The notes: generated by a model not told the origin, from the letters alone. Counted from the stretch's first letter, positions 28,685 to 38,599 are shown. The stretch: 64,000 nucleotides of DNA from Acidobacteriota bacterium (GCA_040755995.1 JBFMAF010000015.1:1-64000); one strand, 5' to 3'. A program made the numbers and translations.

Positions 28685-28951
28685 TCAGACCAATTCCTCA
28701 TCGAGCATCTGTGAATCGGTGGGCGGTTGGAAGCCATGGGCGTAAGCCTGACAGGCCATGACATCTTCCGGCAGGCCCGCCGTCTCCACTGCGGCACCGA
28801 GCGACATCCCCCCGCGAGCGAACTCGGCCAGTGCCTGCTCGATCCTCTTCTGTCGAAGGCCGAGCCTGATGAGCTCGACAGGCGCCTCCGACTCCGCGTC
28901 CTCAAGCTCGTGAGGCAGCGGTTCGGGCAAACGCAAGATACACTCTACCAC
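28685..28951 (-). CDS. UPF0175-family putative antitoxin
   Basis: 88 aa, ALAEFARGGMSLGAAVETAGL HTH-like motif. Confidence 0.7.
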   Translation of the reverse strand: MVECILRLPEPLPHELEDAESEAPVELIRLGLRQKRIEQALAEFARGGMSLGAAVETAGLPEDVMACQAYAHGFQPPTDSQMLDEELV

Positions 28952-29077
28952 GTCGTCCCCACCTCGTTTCGAAGGTCATCTCAAATTGTGGCAGTACGCA
29001 ACCCGGAAATCCGCATCATCCAACCATCCGCCCGGCATGCTCTGGGTGGGACTGCCCTTCAACCTGTCGCGACCCGC

Positions 29078-30739
29078 TCACCGGCAGGTAAACGGCACCG
29101 GGTTGCTCGATAGACCACTGACGACGACGCGCACGGTCACCGTGTCTCCCGCCCTCAGCTTTCTGGGAATCCGGACCTTCAGGCGTGAAGCGGTCGCCTG
29201 GATGACTTCAGCTCGATACGCGCCGAAGTAGACCTTGTTGGCCTTCTTGGCAACGGAGAAGCCCTTTCCGCTGACTGTGGCCATGGTCCCGGGTTTGTGA
29301 TTGCGCGATCGAATGGAAGCGATGTGCGGGCCCGACTCGACCACTGTGATCGTGGCTGTCTGGCTGTATTCGAAGCCGCAGGCGTTTTCAACAGAAACCC
29401 AGTAGCTTGCATCCGACGTGAGCGGTCCGGTGGCGTAGGTATCGGTGATCGCATCGTCGATCAGATCGCTCGTGTCGCCGCTCGCGCCTCTGTACCAGAT
29501 GTACGACAGCGGAGCCGTCCCGGCGGCGGCGACGGTCAAGCTCGCACTTTCGCCGCTCGGAATCGTCTGGCTCCGAGGCTGCGTCTCGATCGTCGGCGGC
29601 GTGCACGGAGACGACGTCCCGTCCTGTGTCACCGTCAGCGTTCTGCCGGCAATCGCGATCTGGCCGGTGCGGGAATTCGTCCCCTCGTTCGGCAGTACGA
29701 GGTAGCCCGCAGTCCCTTCCCCGCTCCCGCTCGCGCCTCCGGTGATGCTGATCCAATTGACGTTGCTCGAAGCCGTCCAGTTGCAGCCGCTCTGCGTCGT
29801 GACGCTCACGTTTCCGGGACCCCCAGCCGCGCCGAAGTTTTCGGTCTCACGCGATATCGAGTAACTGCATCCGGACGGGGTGCCGTCCCATCCCGCGAGC
29901 CGCGCGAACAGCCACCAGGCCGCCCTGCCCTTCAAAACGCAGTTGAGCGTCTCCGAATGCGCACAACCACCGCATACGGCCGCCAATTGCGCGAGCGCAC
30001 TTCCCGGGTGCGCTCCGATCCACTCGGTCGCCCAGTTGCCGTCGCCCCACGGATTCCCATCCCCGTTTGTGTCGTATTCACAGCCGTCCGTTCCGAAGAG
30101 GGCCATGAAGTTGCGCGCACCGTCCGGGTCGAAACTCTCGATGTCTGCGAAATCGAACAGGATCTTGTTGTTGGTCTGGCAGTAGGCGCGAATCTGCTCG
30201 TTGCGCAGATTCAGATCCCCAGCTGCACCACTGCCCGCAAGGTGCCCCGTCATGTAAACGAACTTCACGCTCGGATAGTCGTTCTCCAGCTGGGTCATCA
30301 GGTTGAGGTAGAGAGTGATGTTGTCGGGGGTCGTATCGGCCTGCCCGCACCACGACCACATCACCACGTTGCGGTCGTTGTCGGCTCTGTTCAGGAGATC
30401 CCTGGTCCTCTGAGCCCATGTCGTTCGATCCGGGTTGCCAAGGTCGCCGCTCGGCGTGTAGTCATTCAGGAAGATCCCAGCGGAGAATCCGTTCGAGGAG
30501 GTGTAGTAGTAGAGCGAGCCCGGGCTGCCGCGAAACGCCTCCATGCCCGTGACGAGCTGGCTTCCGTGCGACGTGTGACCGTAGCTCACACGCAACACTG
30601 ACTTCGCCTGGTTGATCCACGTGTCCGGAATCTTCGATATGTCGGCGCAGGTGTGGTCGATGATGATCGCAGCGCCGGCGGTACCGACCGCCAGGCAGCA
30701 TGAAATGATCGTGGCTATGATGACTCTGCTGGCCAGCAT
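29078..30739 (-). CDS. Secreted multidomain protein: uncharacterised N-terminal domain, BACON, Ig-like and IPT/TIG domains
   Basis: Signal peptide; DHT..., HTSHGSQ, WSWCG; CNWTASSNVNWI (BACON); QPRSQT...YIWYRG (Ig); basic C-terminal TIG. Confidence 0.75.
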   Translation of the reverse strand: MLASRVIIATIISCCLAVGTAGAAIIIDHTCADISKIPDTWINQAKSVLRVSYGHTSHGSQLVTGMEAFRGSPGSLYYYTSSNGFSAGIFLNDYTPSGDLGNPDRTTWAQRTRDLLNRADNDRNVVMWSWCGQADTTPDNITLYLNLMTQLENDYPSVKFVYMTGHLAGSGAAGDLNLRNEQIRAYCQTNNKILFDFADIESFDPDGARNFMALFGTDGCEYDTNGDGNPWGDGNWATEWIGAHPGSALAQLAAVCGGCAHSETLNCVLKGRAAWWLFARLAGWDGTPSGCSYSISRETENFGAAGGPGNVSVTTQSGCNWTASSNVNWISITGGASGSGEGTAGYLVLPNEGTNSRTGQIAIAGRTLTVTQDGTSSPCTPPTIETQPRSQTIPSGESASLTVAAAGTAPLSYIWYRGASGDTSDLIDDAITDTYATGPLTSDASYWVSVENACGFEYSQTATITVVESGPHIASIRSRNHKPGTMATVSGKGFSVAKKANKVYFGAYRAEVIQATASRLKVRIPRKLRAGDTVTVRVVVSGLSSNPVPFTCR

Positions 30740-30851
30740 GGAAGACCTCCTTTAGTTGCCGGCTCCCGGTCCGTGTATCGGACGGCCGCCGCAACCCGGC
30801 TCGAAATCGAGATCCTGCCTGCGAAGCATATGTCACCGGGGCACTAGAAAG

Positions 30852-30867
30852 TGTGACGCGGGTCACA
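30852..30867. promoter_or_regulatory. CRP-type binding site TGTGA-N6-TCACA
   Basis: Exact TGTGAcgcgggTCACA about 110 bp upstream of the start at 30739. Confidence 0.6.
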
Positions 30868-31011
30868 TGCGGGGAGCCCGTCTGGGCGCTGTCACGTTGC
30901 CGCCAATATCGACGATAAGACCGTGTTTGGGCTGCGCCTCGCGTCTGCGAATCGCGGATCAACGGTGTCGTCATCAACCCGGCTGACCTGAATACCGCGT
31001 ACGCAGGCGGC

Positions 31012-34000
31012 TCACCTCGCCGCGCAGTGATTCGTGCGCTCGATGATCTCCTGCTTCATGCCGGGGGATAGATCGTTGAAATAGGCGCTGTAGCCGGAAA
31101 CCCGCACGAGAAGCCAGGGATAGGCGTTCGGCTCGGCCGCGGCCTTTTCCAGCATGGCGCGATCGAGCACGTTGATCTGGTATTGCATCCCGCCGTTCGC
31201 GAAGTAGCCTCTGGTGAGCCCCGTGAGCGCCGCGACTCCCTGATCCCCGGCGAGCAGGCTTCGTTCCAGCAGCAGGTTGACGTTGACGCCGTTGCGGGCC
31301 AGGCTGGTGAGGTCGAGCCTGGCGGCGGAATTGAGAGAGGCGGTCGGGCCGAGGCGGTCTCGCCCGCTGGCGGGTGAGAGCCCGTTGGCGAGCGGCCTGC
31401 CGGCGGCGCGACCGCTGGGCAGCGCGCCTGTAACCTCGCCGAAGGCACTGTGCGCGGTCACCGAGTAGAAACCCGCCAGATACTTGCCGCCACGCGTGTT
31501 TTCGTGCCTGCTCAGCGAGTCGGAGAAAACGCGCATCACCAGACCGGCGTATCGATCCGCCTCGGGGTCGTCGTTGCCGTACTTCGGTGCTCTCTGGAGC
31601 CATCCGCGGATCGTGTGGGCTCCGTCGAAATCGCTGCGCAGCGCACCGAGTAGATCGACCATGGTGCAGAGCTTGCGCCGGAAGACGACGTCCTCCATGG
31701 CGGCCAGGCTGTCGGCGACGTCGGCGATCCCGACCGCCTGCACGCCGCTGGCGTTGTATCTCGCTCCACCTGCCGTCGAATCGACGCCGCTTTCGAGGCA
31801 GCCGCCGATGAGCAGCGAAGTAAGCGGCGTCGGATGCAGCCGCGCATTCGCCCTCTCGATAGCTCGAAGGTCGGCGACGAGCAGGTCGACCAGGTAGTCC
31901 GTTCGCCTCCTGAACTCCTCGACTACTTCTCCGATGCTCCCGAAGTGCGCGGCCTCCGGCGGCGGCGATCCGTCCTTCTTCAGACCGAGCGCCCATTCGA
32001 GCGGCAGCGCGAGATTGACCAGCGCCGCGTCGGTCGAACCGAAGGTGAGCCCGCACGCAACCGGCTCGACGCAGCCGACCGGCGAGTAGTCGCGGGCGTC
32101 GGGAAGCCCGATGCCTCGCCCGACGAGCATCGGCACGACCACATCGTCGTTCATCAGCGAAGGCGCGCCCGAGCCACCCTGTAGCGCCCGCGCCACTCGG
32201 TCGAGGTACTCGGGCGGGCTGTCCGCATGCACCCTCGCGTGATAATTCGGCTGCCGCATCCGCAGTTCATCCATCGCGTCGAGGAACATCCAGGTCAGCT
32301 CGTTGGTCGAGTCGCGCCCCTCGCGGTCCACACCGCCTACGACCACCACCTGGCCGTTGAACATCCCGCCGTGAATCCGCGTGATTCGCCCGCTGAACAC
32401 CGGGACGATCTCGCTCATCTTCACCGTGAAGCACCCGATCAGCTCCCGCGCCGCCCGCTCGTCGATGCGCCCTGCAGCCTTGTCCGCCCGGTAGTACGGG
32501 TCGAGAATGAAATCGAGGCGGCCGGGGGAGATCGCGTTGTCGAGACTCTCCAGGTTCATCGCGATCTGCGCGAACAGAATCGACTGCAGCGCTTCGCGCA
32601 ACGTCTCAGCCTTCAGCCTGGGAACGCGCTCGCATGACCGGGCGATTTCTTCGAGCTCCGCGCGCCTCCCCGCTTCCGCGCATTCCGACGCCAGGCGGCG
32701 CGCCAACTCGGCGAACTGCCTCGCCATGTCCTCCAGCCCCTGGCACACGATATCGACGGCCTGGTAGAAATCCCGCGCGCTGTCGTGCTTCGTTTTCGCG
32801 AAGAGCGCCGACGCGTTGGCGCGGATCCCGCTCGTCCCGAGTCTCAAGAGCGTCGCGTAGTCGGGCACGAAGTGCGAGATCCCACCGGTCTCGTTGATCA
32901 CGTACCTCCGGCTCAGAATCTGGTCTCGTATGAAGCGGGTCGCGCGGGGCAGCGGGAAAGCCTTCAGCGCCAGAAAGCGAGTCAGCCAGAACGGCACGAT
33001 TCGCAGCAGAAACTCCCACTTCTCCGCGGCTTCCATTCGCAGAGGGTTGACGGGCCGCTTCTCGATCGAGAGGAGATCCTCCAGAAAGGTCACGCCGTGC
33101 AGCTCAGGGAAGAGGCCGCCACCGACGCGTTTGGAGCTGAAGTTGCCCACAAGCAGCTCATCGTCGTAGATCTTCGCGCTCCGATTCCGCAGGACGTGCC
33201 GCAGCGCCTCGGCCTTCTGGACGATCACCGGCTTGCGGCGGTTCTTGCGTTCCACGAAGTATCGTGTCACCAAACGGGCGCGTTCGAGGCAGACCGCAGG
33301 CGGGGTCGACTGCACTACGCGCCGGAGCCGCCAGACCCTCTCGGTGAAGGTGCTCGGTCTCGCGTCTCCAGTTCCGTCGGTCTGCGCAGACGCGATGCTG
33401 ACCGTCAGTCCTCTGGCGGTGAAGAACTCGGCCGCGCGCGCAAGCGCCTGGTCGGCTTCTGCGCGGCTGATCGCGAGCTTCGGCTGATTACTGCCGATGC
33501 GGTCGATCTTTGCGATGCCACCCGAGTGGTATGGCAGCAGGCTGATCGTGTTGCTACGCTGTTTCTCCAGGAACCCAGCGATACCGTCCAGGCTCATCTG
33601 CCCGTCATTCTGCCCAGGGACGACGGCCATCCGGAACTCCACCCGCGCTCCCGTTTCAATCAGCCTCTCTGCATTGCCGAAAATCCGGGAAATCTCAGTT
33701 CCCACGAGCTGGTGATGCTGCTCCTCATCGCCTGCCTTCAGATCGAAGAAGAACAGATCCGTGTACGGCCTCGCCAGCTCGAACGCATCCCACTTCACAG
33801 CGCCGCAAGTTTCGACCGTGGTGTTGATCCCTGCGCGCCGACAGCCTGCGAGAAGCTCAGCTGCCGCCTCGGGTTGCAGGAGAGGCTCGCCGCCGGAAAG
33901 CGTTACGCCGCCACCCGTGGCAGAGAAATACGAGCCGTCGAGTGCGATCTGATCGAGCAGCTGCGAGGTGCTCTCGTCCCGGCCGATCTTCCGCAGCGCT

Positions 34001-34302
34001 TCCTGGGGACAGATGTCGGCGCACTTGCCGCAGGCGTCGCACTTGCTGCGGTCGATGCGCCCGTTTCCTTCCGCGATGATCGCGCCCTGCTCGCAAACTC
34101 TTCTGCACTCCAGGCATCCGGCGCAGCGATCCGCATAGAAAGCCATCTCGAAGGAGCGGCGCTTCGACTCCGGGTTCTGGCACCAGCTACAACCAAGCGA
34201 ACAGCCTTTGAAGAACACGACCGTCCGGATACCGGGGCCGTCGTGGAGGCAGAACCGCTGCACATCGAAGATGCGCGCATGGCCGGCCCGATCCCTTTTC
34301 AT
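31012..34302 (-). CDS. Fusion of a glycyl-radical activating enzyme (radical SAM plus ferredoxin insert) and a PFL-family glycyl-radical enzyme
   Basis: HDGPGIRT, GCSLGCSWCQNPE, two CxxCxxCxxxC motifs, SGGEP; then GCVEP Cys loop and RVSGY Gly loop in one uninterrupted frame. Confidence 0.92.
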   Translation of the reverse strand: MKRDRAGHARIFDVQRFCLHDGPGIRTVVFFKGCSLGCSWCQNPESKRRSFEMAFYADRCAGCLECRRVCEQGAIIAEGNGRIDRSKCDACGKCADICPQEALRKIGRDESTSQLLDQIALDGSYFSATGGGVTLSGGEPLLQPEAAAELLAGCRRAGINTTVETCGAVKWDAFELARPYTDLFFFDLKAGDEEQHHQLVGTEISRIFGNAERLIETGARVEFRMAVVPGQNDGQMSLDGIAGFLEKQRSNTISLLPYHSGGIAKIDRIGSNQPKLAISRAEADQALARAAEFFTARGLTVSIASAQTDGTGDARPSTFTERVWRLRRVVQSTPPAVCLERARLVTRYFVERKNRRKPVIVQKAEALRHVLRNRSAKIYDDELLVGNFSSKRVGGGLFPELHGVTFLEDLLSIEKRPVNPLRMEAAEKWEFLLRIVPFWLTRFLALKAFPLPRATRFIRDQILSRRYVINETGGISHFVPDYATLLRLGTSGIRANASALFAKTKHDSARDFYQAVDIVCQGLEDMARQFAELARRLASECAEAGRRAELEEIARSCERVPRLKAETLREALQSILFAQIAMNLESLDNAISPGRLDFILDPYYRADKAAGRIDERAARELIGCFTVKMSEIVPVFSGRITRIHGGMFNGQVVVVGGVDREGRDSTNELTWMFLDAMDELRMRQPNYHARVHADSPPEYLDRVARALQGGSGAPSLMNDDVVVPMLVGRGIGLPDARDYSPVGCVEPVACGLTFGSTDAALVNLALPLEWALGLKKDGSPPPEAAHFGSIGEVVEEFRRRTDYLVDLLVADLRAIERANARLHPTPLTSLLIGGCLESGVDSTAGGARYNASGVQAVGIADVADSLAAMEDVVFRRKLCTMVDLLGALRSDFDGAHTIRGWLQRAPKYGNDDPEADRYAGLVMRVFSDSLSRHENTRGGKYLAGFYSVTAHSAFGEVTGALPSGRAAGRPLANGLSPASGRDRLGPTASLNSAARLDLTSLARNGVNVNLLLERSLLAGDQGVAALTGLTRGYFANGGMQYQINVLDRAMLEKAAAEPNAYPWLLVRVSGYSAYFNDLSPGMKQEIIERTNHCAAR

Positions 34303-34328
34303 CTTTCCCTCGGCGGTTCGTCCGGGCT

Positions 34329-36179
34329 TCAGTTCAGCCGGACGATGCGCCCTACGCCGCCGAGCGGGTACTGAGCTCCGGACACGCGGCCGCTCAGGTT
34401 CACGGTCAGGTACGTGTCGAGCGACTGTTGGTTTGCCTCGCCCAGATTAACGTACGGCAGCGTACGGAACGGGTACTGATCTCCTCCCTGCACCATGTAG
34501 GTGGTAGCAGCCACCACGACATCGGGCGCGCCGGCAACCACCTGGCCGCCGCTCACGAGCACCCGCCCGTCGTCCAATGTGGCCTGCTGGATTCGCGTCC
34601 CCGCCACTACGACGTTGTTGTCGGCGTCGAGCACCTGCGCCGTTCCGGCGGCATCGTAAACCATCTTGAAGCCGGCGATCTGAGCGAATCTTCCTGCCAA
34701 CAATTCGACCTGCGAGACCGAGTTTTCGAGAATCTCCTTGAATTGAGCCGCCGGCACGCGGTCGACCACACAGACGAAGCCGGGAAACGGGAGGATGTTC
34801 CAGGTGTCGAGCTCGGTGATGTCGCCGGCCGGAATCACCGTGGCGTTTCGCATTGCCCCTCCGTTCACCAGGGCTACGTCGGGATTCGGAGCGCCGTAAC
34901 GCGGTGCCAGCCTTCGCGCTGCCTGCAGCAGCGAGTCCACGACGAGGTCTCCTTCGTTCGTTTCGCGCGCCCGGATGCTCTCGCGTAGACCGTCGAGGGC
35001 GACGTCGCTCACCGCCACTACGGTCGCGTCCAACTGGGCGAGGCCGTCGTTGACCGGGTCCACAACCTCGCGGCGCACCCGCTGATCCGGCTTCACCGAG
35101 TCCGGGTTGCCAGGCCCTGCGACGCGCACGGGACCGCTGCGCTGGTCGTACCTCACGATCTCGCCATTCGCATCGAACCCGGCGATCAGCCGGCCGACAT
35201 ACCAGTAGTACTGGCGCGCCGTCACGATGAGGACCGGCCTGCCAGCCGCGTCCTTGGCCTGGACCGGATAGCCGCCGAAGACATGCGCCTCGTCCCCTGG
35301 GATAAGCAAATCGCCCGGGTTCGCGAGCAGCTCGTGGCCGCCGCCGGCCACGATGATGTCGATGCCGTCGAGTGTCGGGGCAAGGGCAATCTCATTGAGG
35401 ATGTTCTGGAGGTGGCTGATCAAGACGATCTTGTTGACACCTCGGGATCGCATCAGGTTGATCTGGCGCTGGACGGCGCCGGTAACATCGACGTTCACAC
35501 GGACGCGCCGGGGGCTGGATATGTACGGAAGCTGCGGTGTGGTGGCCCCGATTATACCGATCTCCTCGCCTCCCTTGGTCACGACGACGCTTCTGCAGAT
35601 CGTCCCACGCTTCACCCACAGCTCCAGCTCCCGCTCCCCGCTGAAGTCCAGATTCGCGCCCAGCCAGGGCGGATTGCTGCGCAGGTGCGCGAAGCTGCGG
35701 ATGTAGTCGGCGAGGACGTCGGGGCCGAGGTCGAACTCGTGGTTGCCGAAGGCCACGGCATCGTACTCGACATAGCTCTGGCCGACAGCATCGTAGTAGG
35801 GCACGCCGTGTGTCAGACTCTGGTTGAACTGCGCGCTGGCGAGGAAGTTGTCACCCGAAGAGACCTTGATGAGACCGTGGCGCCCGCGCACGGCGCTCTC
35901 CGCTTCCTTCTCGATCCGTCTCACGCAGCCGACGAAGCGATCGATCCCGCCAAACTGCTCAAGCCCCTCCCCTGCGTTGACCAGATGCGATTCCATGTCG
36001 TTGCTGTGGATGACGGTGAGCCAGTAGGCCACGGGCGCGTGGCCGGCGGCGACGTACACGTCCTTCCCGTTCGCCACAACCGGGGCGAGGCAGGCTTGCG
36101 GTGAAAGAAACAGCAGGAACGTGCCGAGCATGCCGAGACGTGCTGCGCCCGAGAAAGATGCGTCGTTGGTCTGTCTCAT
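34329..36179 (-). CDS. Secreted bifunctional metallophosphatase/5'-nucleotidase
   Basis: HSNDMES, GDNF, GNHEFD, ISHL, GGGH, NGGAMR, GGDQY. Confidence 0.88.
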   Translation of the reverse strand: MRQTNDASFSGAARLGMLGTFLLFLSPQACLAPVVANGKDVYVAAGHAPVAYWLTVIHSNDMESHLVNAGEGLEQFGGIDRFVGCVRRIEKEAESAVRGRHGLIKVSSGDNFLASAQFNQSLTHGVPYYDAVGQSYVEYDAVAFGNHEFDLGPDVLADYIRSFAHLRSNPPWLGANLDFSGERELELWVKRGTICRSVVVTKGGEEIGIIGATTPQLPYISSPRRVRVNVDVTGAVQRQINLMRSRGVNKIVLISHLQNILNEIALAPTLDGIDIIVAGGGHELLANPGDLLIPGDEAHVFGGYPVQAKDAAGRPVLIVTARQYYWYVGRLIAGFDANGEIVRYDQRSGPVRVAGPGNPDSVKPDQRVRREVVDPVNDGLAQLDATVVAVSDVALDGLRESIRARETNEGDLVVDSLLQAARRLAPRYGAPNPDVALVNGGAMRNATVIPAGDITELDTWNILPFPGFVCVVDRVPAAQFKEILENSVSQVELLAGRFAQIAGFKMVYDAAGTAQVLDADNNVVVAGTRIQQATLDDGRVLVSGGQVVAGAPDVVVAATTYMVQGGDQYPFRTLPYVNLGEANQQSLDTYLTVNLSGRVSGAQYPLGGVGRIVRLN

Positions 36180-36276
36180 TGTCTTCTCCGAGGTGGGTGT
36201 TCGTCCAGCGTGCCGGGCTTGGGTTTCATGTCTGTAATCCCCTCGACAATATGCGCCCAATGAGTCTCCGTTTCAA

Positions 36277-36324
36277 GTAGGGGCGACGCATGCGTCGCCC
36301 TGGGGCGCATGGCGTGCGCCCTAC
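36277..36324. repeat. GTAG-type REP doublet
   Basis: GTAG plus the perfect palindrome GGGCGACGCATGCGTCGCCC, followed by an inverted REP ending CCCTAC. Confidence 0.8.
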
Positions 36325-36438
36325 TCCGCACGGCGTCCGCTCAGGGGAAAGTGGAAGCAGTGGTAGACGTCAACGAGTCCCTGCGAGCCGGACAGCTCAG
36401 AGCGCGCCCCCGCCGGTGTGCCGGCGGGCGACTGCCGC

Positions 36439-38484
36439 CTACTTCTTCGCCTCGCCGCCTTGTCCGAGCTGCGCGAGCCGGCTCTTGAGCTCCGGCTGGT
36501 CCGGCACCAGCTGCAGCGAGGTTTGCCAGGTCTTGATGGCAGCGGGAATCTGGCCAGATGCGTAGTAGCAGTCGCCGATGGCATTCAGCACACGGTGGTC
36601 TGTCCCGTGCGATGACATGTAGCGGTTGTAGTTTTCGATGGCGGGCTCGAAGCGTCGCATTGCCTGCTGAGCCGTGGCCAGGTAGAGATAGGCCTCGGGC
36701 TGCTTCAGCTCGGGGCCTGCGACAATCGGTTCGAGCGTCTGCACCACCTTTTCGTACTCCTTCTTCTGCAGCCTCAGCCTCGCCAGGCCGATCTTGAACT
36801 CGACGACATCCGGGTAGTTCTTCTCGCCGGCCTCCAACGCAGCGAACGCGGCATCGTCGTCCTCACGGCGCGCGTACTGGTCTGCGACGATCAATTCATA
36901 GATGTAGCTCTTGTCGGCCGGGAGCACCTTGGAGTAGACCCAGGGGGTTGGGACGGCGGCGACGGGTGAAATCGAAAAGGGCACTTCCTTGCTCGACAGC
37001 ACCGCGCCCCCGGTTCCGGTGAGGTCGAAGCGCACGGCGTATTCCCCCGCTGGAAGATCGCCCGTGGGCAGCATCAGGTTGTAGTGCGTCTGGAGCGAAA
37101 TGGACTGCAGAGTACGCTCGGTCTTGGACACCTCCTGTGCCTCCTTTCGTATCGTCGCAACGACGCTGACGCCGTCGGTCGGGCCTGCGACCTGGAAGGT
37201 GGCACTGAGCGCCGTGCCGCGCAGGAAGATGGCCTGCGGCCGCAACTCGGGCTGTGTGGAACCGTACTGGAATGGACGAAGGATCGCATCCTGCGGTGTC
37301 GTCTTGAGCAGACCTGAGAGCAAGGGATCGAGCAGCTGTGTCGAGGCAGCGGCGGCGGGGATTTCAATAGAGGTCTCGAAATCGGAGAACTCCTTGCTCA
37401 CGATGTTCTTGACCAGCAGCGTGAGCTTGTACTTGCCCGGTATGGCGGGAAAAAGGTCTGTCAAGCAGAGTGAGCCGCCCTTCAACAGTTTGAGAGTCGC
37501 CTCGTCGAACTCCATGGGCTGCGTCTTGTTGAACTCGTAGACGGTGCGGCCCCGGTCGTCCTCGATCTTTCCATAGATCTTGTAGCTGGTGAAGTACTTC
37601 TTCTCGTACTGGTCGACCGACAGCGTCTTCGGCTCGATGGCGTAGTTGACGAAGTAGGTGCCTGATGGAGCCCTGGTGACGCGCACGATGTACCGGCACT
37701 CGACATAGCTCAGCGAGTAGTCAGCCTCGATCTGGCCGCGGTACCTGGACACCTTCTCTGCGTATCTCGGATCGATCAGCTTCTGCGGATACGCGGCGAT
37801 GTTGGCGAGAAGAACCTCGGATGAGAGGGCTGCGCCCATGCGGTCGGAGGTCTGCCCGACCAGAAGGTTGAGGGAGTACTCGGCCAGCACCGGCTCGTAC
37901 TCCTTCAGCTTCTCGTAAGCTTCCTCGGTGTTCGCCGGTGCGCCGTCGTAATGGCGCATGAAAGCAACAGGGCCGTCGCTTCCGGGATGGTAGAGCTTGT
38001 ACTCACCGTAACCGTGTCGCTTGAAGAAGATGACATTGAAGCCCGAAGGAAATCCGAACTCCGTCTTGCCGCGATAGAACCACACCTCGGTCGGAACGAT
38101 CGTCAGCGTCTCCTCGAAGCGCTCAACCTGATCCGGCTTTCCGAGGATGATGTAGACCCGGCCGCGGTCCGTTCGCCATCCACCGGCAGGGCTGTCAATG
38201 AAGTAGGTGTTGGCGTAGTTGATCCTCCGGTAGTGTTCATCACGGAACTCGTTGGTCGGCGTCCCCGGTGTGGGATCGCGCTGGGCCCAGAAGGCCTCGA
38301 TGAAAAAATCCCTGTCCTTGTCGCTCGTGAACGACAGGAACACCTGCTTCTCCAATGGCGTGATGATGTAGACGACCTCCTCCTGAAACCACTTCCTATA
38401 CTTCTCCGGCAGGTCCTTCTCCGCGACGGCCAGCAGGTTCGCCGCGTTCGCGAGAATACAAAGAGACAGCATCAGATGTTTCAT
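36439..38484 (-). CDS. GWxTD-domain protein with C-terminal TPRs
   Basis: Signal peptide from MKHLML; FWAQRDPTP, GWRTDRGRVYI; TPR helices. Confidence 0.88.
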   Translation of the reverse strand: MKHLMLSLCILANAANLLAVAEKDLPEKYRKWFQEEVVYIITPLEKQVFLSFTSDKDRDFFIEAFWAQRDPTPGTPTNEFRDEHYRRINYANTYFIDSPAGGWRTDRGRVYIILGKPDQVERFEETLTIVPTEVWFYRGKTEFGFPSGFNVIFFKRHGYGEYKLYHPGSDGPVAFMRHYDGAPANTEEAYEKLKEYEPVLAEYSLNLLVGQTSDRMGAALSSEVLLANIAAYPQKLIDPRYAEKVSRYRGQIEADYSLSYVECRYIVRVTRAPSGTYFVNYAIEPKTLSVDQYEKKYFTSYKIYGKIEDDRGRTVYEFNKTQPMEFDEATLKLLKGGSLCLTDLFPAIPGKYKLTLLVKNIVSKEFSDFETSIEIPAAAASTQLLDPLLSGLLKTTPQDAILRPFQYGSTQPELRPQAIFLRGTALSATFQVAGPTDGVSVVATIRKEAQEVSKTERTLQSISLQTHYNLMLPTGDLPAGEYAVRFDLTGTGGAVLSSKEVPFSISPVAAVPTPWVYSKVLPADKSYIYELIVADQYARREDDDAAFAALEAGEKNYPDVVEFKIGLARLRLQKKEYEKVVQTLEPIVAGPELKQPEAYLYLATAQQAMRRFEPAIENYNRYMSSHGTDHRVLNAIGDCYYASGQIPAAIKTWQTSLQLVPDQPELKSRLAQLGQGGEAKK

Positions 38485-38599
38485 AGCATCTGCGATACTA
38501 GCGGCTGGCCTGACCGGTGTCAACGCCTGCACGCCTGCGCCTGCACCCGTTGTGAACGCCGTGCAGGTGCGCAAGGCCTGCGCCCCGCTCGTTGGCGAT

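Noticed and set aside
31012..33345. Calling the glycyl-radical enzyme pyruvate formate-lyase or CutC
   Set aside because: It lacks the PFL CC pair, has His where CutC has Asp (GGISH), and no microcompartment genes are present
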